From the NCBI GenBank assembly GCA_965219995.1, contig CBDCOX010000002.1:3200001-3264000 (forward strand): DNA of 64,000 nt, in the 5' to 3' direction. Origin of the DNA: Candidatus Latescibacterota bacterium. GTDB lineage: Bacteria > Latescibacterota > UBA2968 > GCA-2709665. Below are positions 1 through 8,635 of this stretch, piece by piece; the stretch's first letter is position 1, and each line of letters opens with the position of its first letter. Position numbers and translations under genes: made by a program. Under the pieces are notes generated by a model, which worked only from the letters and a program-made list of their open reading frames with translations, made no database searches and was not told the DNA's origin.

Positions 1-1
1 T

Positions 2-193
2 GTCGCCGATGCCGTTGTCCTTGACGACGAAGGCCGTATCGACGTGGTGGTGGACTGGAAGAGCGATACGGTTGTCCGGGAGAATCAGGTCTCGATGTAC
101 CGCCGCCAGGTTCGCGATTACCTGAAGGCCACCGGCGCGACAACCGGGCTCATCGTGTTCCTGAATTCAGACCACATCGAGACGGTGCCGTGA
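2..193 (+). CDS. C-terminal fragment of a RecB/AddA-type PD-(D/E)XK nuclease domain, probably of a UvrD-like helicase-nuclease (5' end outside the window)
   Basis: Frame 2 reads VADAVVLDDEGRIDVVVDWKSD...YRRQVRDYL...ETVP-stop; D...DWK plus Q..Y motifs of RecB-family nucleases. Confidence 0.7.
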   Translation, partial: VADAVVLDDEGRIDVVVDWKSDTVVRENQVSMYRRQVRDYLKATGATTGLIVFLNSDHIETVP

Positions 194-277
194 GAGTAAG
201 CGGCGGCCAATGGGGATAAGGGATTCACTGAAAGGGAGAAAAGTTGACACATTCGCGACGTTCAGCGCAGAGAATGA

Positions 278-1021
278 TCAGTAGTGGGTCGCAGGGACAA
301 AGTCGCCGGCAGCGATCGCAAACTGCCATTTGACACCGTAAAAAAAGCGGGTGCGGAAGGTTCTGTCCTGGTTTCTGAGCAGTTTCAGCGTCCTCTGGAT
401 GGTGTCGATTTCGCCGCGCCGTTCCGCATCGTCGAACAGGATCAGGAAGTTTTCTCCGAGTCCCTGCTCGATCCACTGCAGCGCCGCCCAGCGGGAACGT
501 CTCGACCCGCCCGGCGGTCCGTCGACCAATAGCAGATCGGGCGGCGCGCCGAGTCCGACGTCCGTATCGTAGACCAGGGTTCTGTGACCCTGTACAATTC
601 GCTCTGCCAGTTCGGTACAGGTGATCCGGTGCCTCACCTGCGCCTGAATTCGTCCGGCCCACTCGCGGTCGTGTTCCAGCGTAGTCAATTCCATGGGGTG
701 TCGTTCCGTAAGCGCGTCCAAAAGCAGGGTCGTCTGGCCGCAACCCAGTTCGACAACGCGCCTCACGGGAAGCTCCGTTATGGCCCGAAGCAGCACGTAC
801 ATAAGCGAAAAATTGGCGGCGGCTCCGGTCGGGTAGTACCGGTTCACCAGTTTCAGTCGACCCAGCCCATTGGAAAAGAGACGTTCATACAACAGTTCCC
901 TGTCGTACATTGCCATTGGTTGCAGCAATGTTCTGGCGATCGGCAAGAGCGGCGCGCCAAATGCCTTGTACAGGCGAAGTCCCCAGACTCCCCCCTCGTT
1001 GATGGGTCGAATGATCTTCAT
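278..1021 (-). CDS. Class I SAM-dependent methyltransferase-like protein
   Basis: VVELGCGQTT motif I, LLLVDGPPG, ILFDD; ATG at 1021 has an upstream GGAGG. Confidence 0.7.
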   Translation of the reverse strand: MKIIRPINEGGVWGLRLYKAFGAPLLPIARTLLQPMAMYDRELLYERLFSNGLGRLKLVNRYYPTGAAANFSLMYVLLRAITELPVRRVVELGCGQTTLLLDALTERHPMELTTLEHDREWAGRIQAQVRHRITCTELAERIVQGHRTLVYDTDVGLGAPPDLLLVDGPPGGSRRSRWAALQWIEQGLGENFLILFDDAERRGEIDTIQRTLKLLRNQDRTFRTRFFYGVKWQFAIAAGDFVPATHY

Positions 1022-1129
1022 GCGTCGCGCTTTCCTCCAGTACTCGTTGTGGAGGCTCCACAAGTGCCGGCGGTGTCGAGGATTCACGTCCTCATTGTTG
1101 AATATAAACCTATCTGTCTGAGAAACCAC

Positions 1130-2314
1130 ATGCGAATTGTCCACGTCAATCAATTCTATATCCCCGGGCTGAGCTACCAGGAGAACATCCTGCCTCATGA
1201 ACAGGCGAAACTGGGACACGACGTGTGGGTCCTCACAAGCGATCGCCTGCCGCACCCGAAGAAATACCCCGAATCCAGGGGACGGCTTCCCCAGGGAATA
1301 TACCGGGAAGATTCCGTACGGATCTGGCGGTTGCCGTCATTTGTACCCATCAAGAGCCGGGGGCAGGTGTATATCCGGAACCTGAACCGGACCATCTACA
1401 GACTTCGTCCCGACGTCGTTAACACCCACGGGTTGAGGTTCTTTCCTGTACTTCAGGTATTATCCAATCGGCCGTTTTTCGTCCACGTGGGCGACGACCA
1501 TTCGGACAACGGCAATCTGCCCACGGGACCCGGAAATGTTATCCGGTTCGGGGTTGGCAGACTGGTGTGCAGAAAAATCGGCAGCCTCGGCAGCAAGGTC
1601 TTTACGTCCAATCCCTTCGCTGAATGGTTCGTAAAGCATGTATACGCCGCGCGGCCGGAAGGCGTCCACCTTCTCCCGTTGGGCGTCAACACCCATACAT
1701 TCTTCCCGGACCCCGTGAAACGCGAGAAATGGCGAACCAAACTGGCAATTCCCGACGACGCGTGCCTGTTCATCACGTCCGGTCGACTGACGCCCGGCAA
1801 GGGATTCGAGCTCCTCTTCAGGTCCTTCGCGGAGGTCCACCGCCAATACCCTGCCGCAAGACTCGCGATTGCGGGATCCGGTACTCCGGAATACGAAGCG
1901 CACCTCCACGCCCTTGCGAAAGACCTGGGCATCGCGGGCGTTGTGGTTTTCCTGAATTGGATGGCTGAATCAGATCTTTGCGCGGTTTACAACGCCGCGG
2001 ACGTGGGCGTGATGCCCGGCAAGCTGGGCGGAATGAAGGAAATCATCGGCGTTGGGCGCCCGCTCATCGCGCCCGACCATCTCGCGACAGCCTACCTCGT
2101 CGAAAGGGGAAACGGCCTGACGTTCGCGCCCGACGACGGCGGAAGTCTCGTGGGTGCGATACGGCGCTATGCGGAGAGTTCCGATCTTCGAAGAAACCAT
2201 GGCGAGAGGTCCCTCCAGGTGTCACGAAACCAGCTTTCCTGGGCCCGAATCGCGCGTGATAGCCTTCGCGTGTATGAGGACCTGCTGGGCGGTTCTTACG
2301 ACGTCGGACCGTAA
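1130..2314 (+). CDS. Glycosyltransferase family 4 (GT-B)
   Basis: Starts MRIVHVNQFY...LGHDVWVLTSD; GRLTPGKG, YNAADVGVMP, C-terminal SWARIA. Confidence 0.9.
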   Translation: MRIVHVNQFYIPGLSYQENILPHEQAKLGHDVWVLTSDRLPHPKKYPESRGRLPQGIYREDSVRIWRLPSFVPIKSRGQVYIRNLNRTIYRLRPDVVNTHGLRFFPVLQVLSNRPFFVHVGDDHSDNGNLPTGPGNVIRFGVGRLVCRKIGSLGSKVFTSNPFAEWFVKHVYAARPEGVHLLPLGVNTHTFFPDPVKREKWRTKLAIPDDACLFITSGRLTPGKGFELLFRSFAEVHRQYPAARLAIAGSGTPEYEAHLHALAKDLGIAGVVVFLNWMAESDLCAVYNAADVGVMPGKLGGMKEIIGVGRPLIAPDHLATAYLVERGNGLTFAPDDGGSLVGAIRRYAESSDLRRNHGERSLQVSRNQLSWARIARDSLRVYEDLLGGSYDVGP

Positions 2315-2349
2315 GCGCACATAAGGCGTTTTCCAATCTCAGCATCAGA

Positions 2350-3222
2350 GTGCGATCGCAGCTCATGTTCAATCCACGATCCGGGGCGCCAGTCTTGCCT
2401 GATAACGCACCATCGCTTTCCGTCATCATCGTCAATGTCGACACCGCGAAATGGTTGAGGCCATGCCTCGAGTCGCTGCAAGAACAGGATAAATCCGAGT
2501 CGATCGAAGTCGTCGTCGTGGACAATGGATCCAGTGACGGATCCGCCGGCATGGTGCGGCAGGATTTCCCCGATGTGAAACTGGTGCGGCTGGAAGAAAC
2601 GGTCGGTTTCGGCACGGCGAACAATTACGGCGCGAAGCATTCCGCGGCGCCCGTCATTCTCTTTCTGAATCCGGACACCAGATTGGGCGAAGGCAGCCTG
2701 TCACAGCTGTTGCCGAGGTTCGCCGAACGTACGGACTGTGGAATCGCGGGGGGTACTGTCTTCGACAGCAAGGGCGGGTTGGAACGTTCAAAGGGATCGT
2801 TCCCGACTCTGTTCAGTATGGGATTGGGACGTCTTCTGAAATATCTCCCGCCGCTCCGCCCGCTTCTGGGACGGTTTTCTCATCAGCACTGGGTCGGCTA
2901 CGACAAACCTCGCCGGGTCGACTGGGTTACCGGCGCTTATCTCTGGATACGAAGGGAGGTATTTGAAAGGGTCGGGGGATTCGATCCACGGATTTTCATG
3001 TACTGTGAGGACGTGGACCTCTGCTATCGGGTCCGGCAACTCGGATTCGAGGTCCGGTTTTATCCTGAAGCGCCGATCATTCATTACGGCGGCAAATCCC
3101 GCGCGCCGCGCCCTCGAAAGAAGATGCTGTACGAGAGCCTGTGCTATTTTTCCGACAAGCACTACGAGTCTCCCAGATATTGGATGACGCGATTTGTCTT
3201 CCGGATCATGTCAAAACGATAG
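2350..3222 (+). CDS. Glycosyltransferase family 2
   Basis: SVIIVN, VVVVDNGSSDGS, FLNPD, WVTGA, FMYCEDVDLC motifs; start could be 2365. Confidence 0.92.
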   Translation: MRSQLMFNPRSGAPVLPDNAPSLSVIIVNVDTAKWLRPCLESLQEQDKSESIEVVVVDNGSSDGSAGMVRQDFPDVKLVRLEETVGFGTANNYGAKHSAAPVILFLNPDTRLGEGSLSQLLPRFAERTDCGIAGGTVFDSKGGLERSKGSFPTLFSMGLGRLLKYLPPLRPLLGRFSHQHWVGYDKPRRVDWVTGAYLWIRREVFERVGGFDPRIFMYCEDVDLCYRVRQLGFEVRFYPEAPIIHYGGKSRAPRPRKKMLYESLCYFSDKHYESPRYWMTRFVFRIMSKR

Positions 3223-3226
3223 CGCC

Positions 3227-5608
3227 ATGTCCGATCTCCCAAAGTCTCCTTCAATAGAGCAGTCCCGCCGCACGCTCTTCCGAGCCACCATTGTCGCTGC
3301 CGTATTCCTGGCGCTCCACGTCCTGCCGCTCTTCTGGCGGCCCAACCCGCTGTGGGGCGTGGACTTCCTCTTCTATCTGCCCGCGCCTGTCCAGGCGCTC
3401 CTCGTCTTACTTTCCGTTCTCCTGTTTGTTCCCGGATTTCGCCGGCAGGTCCGCACCGCGGCAGCTACCCTCCCCTTCTCGCTGTGGGGCCGGGGCAGGC
3501 GCGTGCGGATTACCCGGACGCTGGTGCTGATCCTTGCCCTGGCGAGCTTTTGCTCGCTCTCTTCCGCCCGCCACTTCCTCGGCGATGGTTATTTACTCAT
3601 TGGAAAACTGGATGCGGATACGTTTCAGGATCAGTACCGAGCGCCGCTCACCTTCGCGTTTATCCGCGCGTTGCACCATGCGGGCCGTGCTTTCTGGGAA
3701 ACGGCGGAGAACACGTACCGCGTCTACAGCTATGCGTCCGGCGTACTCTATGTTCTGCTCAGCTTTCCCGTCGCCTCCGCCCTTGGAAAAAACAAGCGGG
3801 AGATGTCAATTGTCCTGGCCGCGCTCCTTACCGCCGGATACATGCTGCTCTTCTATGGATACGTGGAGAATTATGCACTCTACATGCCAGGCGTTCTTCT
3901 CTACCTCTTCCTGGGTTTGCGTACGTTGGAAAACCGGATGCCCCTGTACGCGCCCGCGCTCGTCCTGGGCCTGCTGCTCGCCCTTCACCAGGCGTTCACC
4001 GTATTCGGACCGTCCCTGCTCTTCCTCGCGTACCGAAGATGGCGCCACCGGCAGGAAGCCGCTTTGTTTTTTAAAACCACCGCTACCGTCGCAGCCCTTT
4101 TGTGCGTCCCTGTAAGCACCGCTGCGTTGCTCGGGTTAAGTGGATTCGGTTTCGAAGGATATCTGGACCGGATGGGCGGCAGGAATTTCCTTCCGCTTTT
4201 TGCGGAACCCGGCCTTCACTCGGAATACCGAATATTCTCGTTCGCGCATGTTCTCGACTTTGTAAACCAGCAATTGCTTGCAGCGCCGGTTGTGTGTATG
4301 GCCTGCATTCTGCTTCGGAAGAGAGACCTTCGGCATCAACCCTTCCTCCTGATCGCCGCCGTATTCCCTCTCTTCTCCACGTTCATCGCAAGACCGGAAA
4401 TCGGTGTCTTCAGAGATTGGGACGTTTTTTCGCTGCCGGCACTGCCCCTTACGCTTTGGGTCGCCACGGCGCTCATGGCACGCATCCGCGCTCGTGAGCC
4501 TCTCTTCCACAGTGCCTTCCTCATCTGCGGCACGGCTGCATTCCATACCCTTTTCTGGGTCAGCCTCAACGCCGGGGCCGGGGCCGCCGAAGCCCGATTC
4601 ACCCACTTGGCAAACCGGCTCACCGGCATTTCCGCAGTCAACAGCTGGATGACACTGGCCGAATTCCATCGCGACCAGGGAAACACTGCTGCTGCTCTCA
4701 AGTCTTACCAACGTTCTATCGAGGCCGATCCGACGAATCCAAATCGCTGGATGACCGTAGGTAAAGTCTACCGCGAAATTGGACAGCCCGCCGATGCCAT
4801 CTCATTCTTTGATAAAGCCGTTGAACTCCAGCCGGACATCGCGGTTTCGTATATGAACCTGGGAGCGGCATACAGCGATCTCGGGCAGTTCGCAAAAGCC
4901 ATAGAATTCACGAGAAAGGCCATCGCGATACAGCCGGACAACGCCACGGCGCACGCGAACCTGGGCGCCATTTACAGGAAGACCGGGCAAGTCGCCAATG
5001 CGATCGAACACCTCGAGAGAGCCGCCGCGCTACAACCTGACCAGGCCGTCACCCATGGAAATCTTGGCGCCATGTACCGTGAAGCTGGTAAATATACACG
5101 TGCGATCACGGCTCTGAAGAAAGCTGTGACGATTCAGCCTGAAGATGCCACGGACAATTTGAACCTCGGCGTCGTTTACTGCGACATCGGGCAGTTCGAC
5201 AACGCCATTGAATACCTGGGAAAAGCCCTCGAAATTGATCCACGCTACGTGTTGGCATATACGAACATCGGCAATGTATACAAACTCCAGAGAAAGTATC
5301 CTTTAGCCATTGAATACTTTGAGAAAGCGCTTGAGCTTCAGACAGGCCGCGCACAATTTCAGACCTTTCTGATCATCGGCGACACGTACGACAAGATGAG
5401 CGAATTCGAAAAAGCGATCCCCTATTTTCAAAAGGCCATTCGACTGAACCCCGACCACGGAAACGCACATTTGCTCCTGGGCCTGGCCTACCGAGCCCTG
5501 AAACGCTGCGACGAGGCCAGAGTTCATTTCGAGAAAACCCTGGATCTCGAGCCCAACCATCCTCAGGCAACACAGATCAGGCAATGGATAAAGGGAATTG
5601 GCGAATAG
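3227..5608 (+). CDS. Polytopic membrane protein with a C-terminal TPR array
   Basis: About 460 aa with many hydrophobic segments followed by about 9 TPR units (NLGAAY..LGQF.KAI...KAI.I.P). Confidence 0.85.
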   Translation: MSDLPKSPSIEQSRRTLFRATIVAAVFLALHVLPLFWRPNPLWGVDFLFYLPAPVQALLVLLSVLLFVPGFRRQVRTAAATLPFSLWGRGRRVRITRTLVLILALASFCSLSSARHFLGDGYLLIGKLDADTFQDQYRAPLTFAFIRALHHAGRAFWETAENTYRVYSYASGVLYVLLSFPVASALGKNKREMSIVLAALLTAGYMLLFYGYVENYALYMPGVLLYLFLGLRTLENRMPLYAPALVLGLLLALHQAFTVFGPSLLFLAYRRWRHRQEAALFFKTTATVAALLCVPVSTAALLGLSGFGFEGYLDRMGGRNFLPLFAEPGLHSEYRIFSFAHVLDFVNQQLLAAPVVCMACILLRKRDLRHQPFLLIAAVFPLFSTFIARPEIGVFRDWDVFSLPALPLTLWVATALMARIRAREPLFHSAFLICGTAAFHTLFWVSLNAGAGAAEARFTHLANRLTGISAVNSWMTLAEFHRDQGNTAAALKSYQRSIEADPTNPNRWMTVGKVYREIGQPADAISFFDKAVELQPDIAVSYMNLGAAYSDLGQFAKAIEFTRKAIAIQPDNATAHANLGAIYRKTGQVANAIEHLERAAALQPDQAVTHGNLGAMYREAGKYTRAITALKKAVTIQPEDATDNLNLGVVYCDIGQFDNAIEYLGKALEIDPRYVLAYTNIGNVYKLQRKYPLAIEYFEKALELQTGRAQFQTFLIIGDTYDKMSEFEKAIPYFQKAIRLNPDHGNAHLLLGLAYRALKRCDEARVHFEKTLDLEPNHPQATQIRQWIKGIGE

Positions 5609-5630
5609 CGGCTTCGCAATCAGCATCTTC

Positions 5631-5659
5631 TTGACAGCATTTCTAGATTTAGTTATTTT
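5631..5659 (+). promoter_or_regulatory. Putative sigma70 promoter
   Basis: TTGACA (5631) - 17 bp - TATTTT (5654). Confidence 0.5.
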
Positions 5660-5664
5660 CTGGT

Positions 5665-5728
5665 ATCCTCCCTCCAGAAAAATCATTCTGGAGCCCCCGG
5701 ATTCCCAAGTGGGTCCGGGTTTTTTTTT
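5665..5728 (+). ncRNA. Candidate small RNA with two hairpins and a U-tract
   Basis: Own promoter; hairpin CTCCAGAA/TTCTGGAG (5672-5693); terminator hairpin 5696-5719 followed by T9; no ORF. Confidence 0.35.
5696..5728 (+). terminator. Intrinsic terminator
   Basis: CCCGGATTC-loop-GGGTCCGGG followed by 9 T. Confidence 0.8.
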
Positions 5729-5740
5729 AAAAAAAAGCAA

Positions 5741-6070
5741 TCAGCGATCAGCAATAAGCTGTCAGCTTTAATCAAAAGCCCTTCCCGTTGCCGTCAGCGC
5801 CGTTGATATGGCAGGACCCAAAGTGGCGCAGACCTATCCCCCTGCCTGCCGAAGAATCACCGGCAGGCAGGACCCTTTCCTGAAGGAAAGGGCAAAGCGG
5901 GTCTCGCAATAGGATCCCGGCTTCCCCCTTCCTTCAGGAAGGGGGTCAGGGGGTAGGTCTCAGAAGCGGGGAGACGTGAGACGGAAGACGGGAGATGATA
6001 ACCCGCGTCGACGGGACGATGATGCGGACTGGCGAAATCTATCGGCGATGGGCGCGGGACCCTCACCCTC
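5741..6070. repeat. Intergenic repeat mosaic: TCAGCNN heptamers, GC-rich double-hairpin element with nested CCTGCCTGCCG/CGGCAGGCAGG palindrome, GAGACG heptamer arm plus core type III
   Basis: Most parts recur elsewhere in the window (12608, 16781, 29420; 7016, 7280, 9795; 6921, 16860, 43970). Confidence 0.85.
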
Positions 6071-6123
6071 CGGGTACCACTCCCTGCATGCAGCCACACG
6101 GTGCGCCATATCGGCCGCCGCGT

Positions 6124-6170
6124 TATGCCGTTATGGCATACAATATATGATAGTATGCCATTTTGGCATA
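6124..6170. promoter_or_regulatory. Two tandem palindromes TATGCC-N5-GGCATA, putative enhancer (UAS) for a sigma54 activator
   Basis: Copies at 6124-6140 and 6154-6170, 120-170 bp upstream of a sigma54 promoter. Confidence 0.6.
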
Positions 6171-6289
6171 TAAGGGCCATTGAATTTCGGCTGTCGCATC
6201 GTTCATGCAATTCGATACCGTATGTAAAATACTCATAACTATATATTTTTTTAATCATTTATATGTATCTCGAATCAGATCGGACGAGA

Positions 6290-6305
6290 TTGGCACGGGG
6301 CTTGC
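6290..6305 (+). promoter_or_regulatory. sigma54 (-24/-12) promoter of the hsp20 gene
   Basis: TTGGCACGGGGCTTGC matches TGGCAC-N5-TTGC. Confidence 0.8.
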
Positions 6306-6407
6306 GAATAGAGACTGGCGCAAGCTCGAGGGTGAGCAGACAGCTCTCGAGTCCCGAAACAAACAGCCATTCGTCGGGAAAACCGTTAACCTAAAGGAGG
6401 ATTCACC

Positions 6408-6842
6408 ATGACACTCACCAGGTGGCAACCCAGGCGGCGCTTTGGCTTCGTGCCCGAGATCGACCGGTTCTTCGACAGCTTCTGGAGAGGCCCGCAGCAC
6501 GATTTTCCGGCGCTGTCCACGTGGAGCCCGGCAACGGACGTGCAGGAGACCGATACGGACCTGCTGGTCCACGTTGAGCTTCCCGGCCTGTCCAAGAAGG
6601 ACATCAAGGTCAATATGGACAACGGCGTGCTGTCGGTCCAGGGCGAGAAACAGCACGCGGCCGACGAGAAGGAGAACCGGTACCACGTGTCCGAGCGGAC
6701 CTACGGCCGCTTTGCCCGGTCGTTCACGCTTCCGTCCGAGGTGGACGGGGAGAAGATCAAGGCCGGATTCGAGAACGGCGTGCTCACGCTGACGCTGCCG
6801 AAGGTGAAGGCGGCTACGCCGAAGGCGATCGAAATCGCGTGA
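6408..6842 (+). CDS. Hsp20/alpha-crystallin small heat-shock protein
   Basis: WSPATDVQET, ELPG, ERTYGRFARSFTLP, AGFENGVLTLTLPK, IEI C-terminus; GGAGG RBS. Confidence 0.97.
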   Translation: MTLTRWQPRRRFGFVPEIDRFFDSFWRGPQHDFPALSTWSPATDVQETDTDLLVHVELPGLSKKDIKVNMDNGVLSVQGEKQHAADEKENRYHVSERTYGRFARSFTLPSEVDGEKIKAGFENGVLTLTLPKVKAATPKAIEIA

Positions 6843-6866
6843 CGCACAAAGCCACGATGTCCCCAT

Positions 6867-6902
6867 AAAAAGAGACCGGCGGAAGACCCGCCGGTCTCTT
6901 TT
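6867..6902 (+). terminator. Intrinsic terminator, possibly bidirectional
   Basis: AAAAAGAGACCGGCGG-AAGAC-CCGCCGGTCTCTTTT. Confidence 0.9.
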
Positions 6903-6920
6903 CATGGGGAACCATCATCT

Positions 6921-7715
6921 AAAGACGGGGAGACGGGAGAGGTGAGACGGGAGACGATAACCCGCGTCCTTAGGACGATGCTACGGCCTTGCGAAATTTA
7001 CCGGCGATCCGCGCGCAGACCTCTCCCCCCAACCCCCCCTCCCGGGGGGAGAGGGGGAGCAATTCAGGATACCGCGAGGGGATCACAGTTCCCCCCTTCC
7101 CCCCGGGAAGGGGGATAGGGGGTAGGTCGGTGGAGGCGGTGAGAGGGTAGACGTGAGACGGGAGACGTGAGATATTATGTGCCCCGTGTGGTTTCACATC
7201 TTGCCAGAGGCATTGAGTAAGAACCAATGGGGCAAGGATGTCATCTACCGTCTACCGTCTCACTTCTCACCGAATTTACGCAGACCTCTCCCCCCAACCC
7301 GCTCTCCCGGGGGGAGAGGGGGAGAAAGACAGGACACCGCGAGGGGATCACAGTTCCCCCCTTCCCCCCGGGAAGGGGGATAGGGGGTAGGTCGGTGGAG
7401 GCGGTGAGAGGGTAGACGTGAGACGGGAGATGATATCAGTGCCTTGTGGTATTTCTTGTTGTTACGATAACGGTAGAGAAACAGGCACGGTTAGCGCGAA
7501 AACACTGTGGTGACGTTATCGTCTACCGTCTACCGTCTAACGACTCACCGAGTTTACGCAGACCTCTCCCCCCGGCCCCTCAAAAGCGGTGAGAGGGGAG
7601 ACGTTAGACGTGAGATGATGTCAGTGCCTTTTTGGTATCATCTCTCGCCGCAGGAATAAAGGAAGAACCAATCGGGCGAGGATATCATCTACCGTCTCCC
7701 GTCTAACGACTCACC
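6921..7715. repeat. Array of modular heptamer-arm elements (cores III, I, II, I) alternating with GC-rich double-hairpin units
   Basis: Arms GCGGTGAGA..GTAGACGTGAGACGGGAGATGA and TCATCTACCGTCT..CGTCTAACGACTCACC; near-identical ~150-bp blocks at 7016-7170 and 7280-7432. Confidence 0.9.
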
Positions 7716-8064
7716 TGGGCGGGGGGGCGGGGGCGTCGGTCTCAAGGTCCAGCGCGATGGCGAGCGCGTTGTCAAGCGCACGGACCTTATTGGGAGACAG
7801 GGTGCCGATGAAGTGGATCAGCGCGGACTTGAGAATGCTGACCAGTTGGTCGCAGAAGATGCTGCTGTTGTGCTTGAGACCTTCGTCCACCCCCACGGGG
7901 ACCTGGGTGGAAAGCCCGTCAAAGGAAGAAAAGACCGGAGCACAGATAGCGGTCGAGAACTTCGAATCAATGAGCGCCGGGCGGCTGACGATGACAAATA
8001 CCCGGTAGTCACGGGGGTCCTCGCGCGACCCCTTATAGACCCGATAGAGTTCGCCGCGTGTCAC
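7711..8064 (-). CDS. mazF: PemK/MazF-family toxin
   Basis: MTRGELYRV...RVFVIVSR...ICAPV...SIFCDQL..I...L...IGTLS...[11 protein letters not shown]. Confidence 0.9.
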   Translation of the reverse strand: MTRGELYRVYKGSREDPRDYRVFVIVSRPALIDSKFSTAICAPVFSSFDGLSTQVPVGVDEGLKHNSSIFCDQLVSILKSALIHFIGTLSPNKVRALDNALAIALDLETDAPAPPPR

Positions 8065-8300
8065 AGGCCGACCTGCAAGGCAAGCACGTCATTCGCTTCA
8101 TCGTTGAATTGCGACGCCTTCCGATCGAGGATTTCCGCATCCCGGGAATCCCGGACCCCTCTTCTCACTAGAGCGACATATTGCTTCAGCGCGGCCTCCA
8201 GGAAGGCCGATCGGTTTTTCGGCGTATCGGGCGCCTTCAACAGGCTGTCCATCTCCCGGACCAGCCCTTCGGACAGGGTAATTGAAGTTTTAATTTTCAA
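8061..8300 (-). CDS. Ribbon-helix-helix antitoxin
   Basis: KIKTSITLS...MD...[13 protein letters not shown]; TTG start with GGAGG; 4-bp overlap with the toxin. Confidence 0.85.
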   Translation of the reverse strand: MKIKTSITLSEGLVREMDSLLKAPDTPKNRSAFLEAALKQYVALVRRGVRDSRDAEILDRKASQFNDEANDVLALQVGL

Positions 8301-8327
8301 TGGGGCCTCCGTCACGAAATGCAATAG

Positions 8328-8376
8328 GTAGTATAATTATCTTACTTAAAGTAGTATAAATGGAGATGTTTGTCAA
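8328..8376 (-). promoter_or_regulatory. TA operon promoter with two direct-repeat operators
   Basis: Minus strand TTGACA-17-TACTTT; GTAGTATAA at 8328-8336 and 8351-8359. Confidence 0.6.
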
Positions 8377-8382
8377 TGAAAC

Positions 8383-8635
8383 CAGCTATCAGCGGTCAGC
8401 TAAAGGCGGGGAGACGTTAGAGGTAAGACGGGAGAGATTGTCCGCCGCGTCCGGTTTCGCTTTTTGCCGCAGGCATAAAGGAAAAACCAAACGGGCAAAG
8501 ACGTCATCTACCGTCTTGCGTCTCACCGGTTTTATTGCCCCGTGTGGTTTCATATCTTGCCAGAGGCATAAGGGAGAAACCAATCGGGCAAGGACGTCGT
8601 CTACCGTCTAACGTCTACCCTCTCCCCGCCTTTAA
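8383..8635. repeat. Heptamer-arm elements with two tandem core I copies
   Basis: Same arms and GCCCCGTGTGGTTTCA..TCTTGCCAGAGGCAT..AACCAATCGGGCAAGGACGTC core as at 7181. Confidence 0.88.

Noticed and set aside
584-1255. Long overlapping N-terminal extensions of the GT4 and methyltransferase ORFs
   Set aside because: Family motifs and RBS place the starts at 1130 (+) and 1021 (-), leaving an ordinary divergent gap
5720-5736. Phase-variable homopolymer (T9 A8)
   Set aside because: It is the terminator U-tract in non-coding DNA, not in a gene or promoter spacer
6970-7415. Short ORFs inside repeat arrays (also 8360-8611, 16962-17336, 43673-44164)
   Set aside because: They translate the repeats (LPSTVSRL, PPSPREGG-type text) and lack RBS or family signal
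7535-7608. Integron attC-like site (GTCTAAC...GTTAGAC)
   Set aside because: The match comes from heptamer variants of adjacent arms; no L-box pairing, no cassette periodicity and no integrase
6921-7715. CRISPR array
   Set aside because: Repeats are degenerate and inverted, the intervening cores recur at other loci rather than being unique spacers, and no cas genes are present
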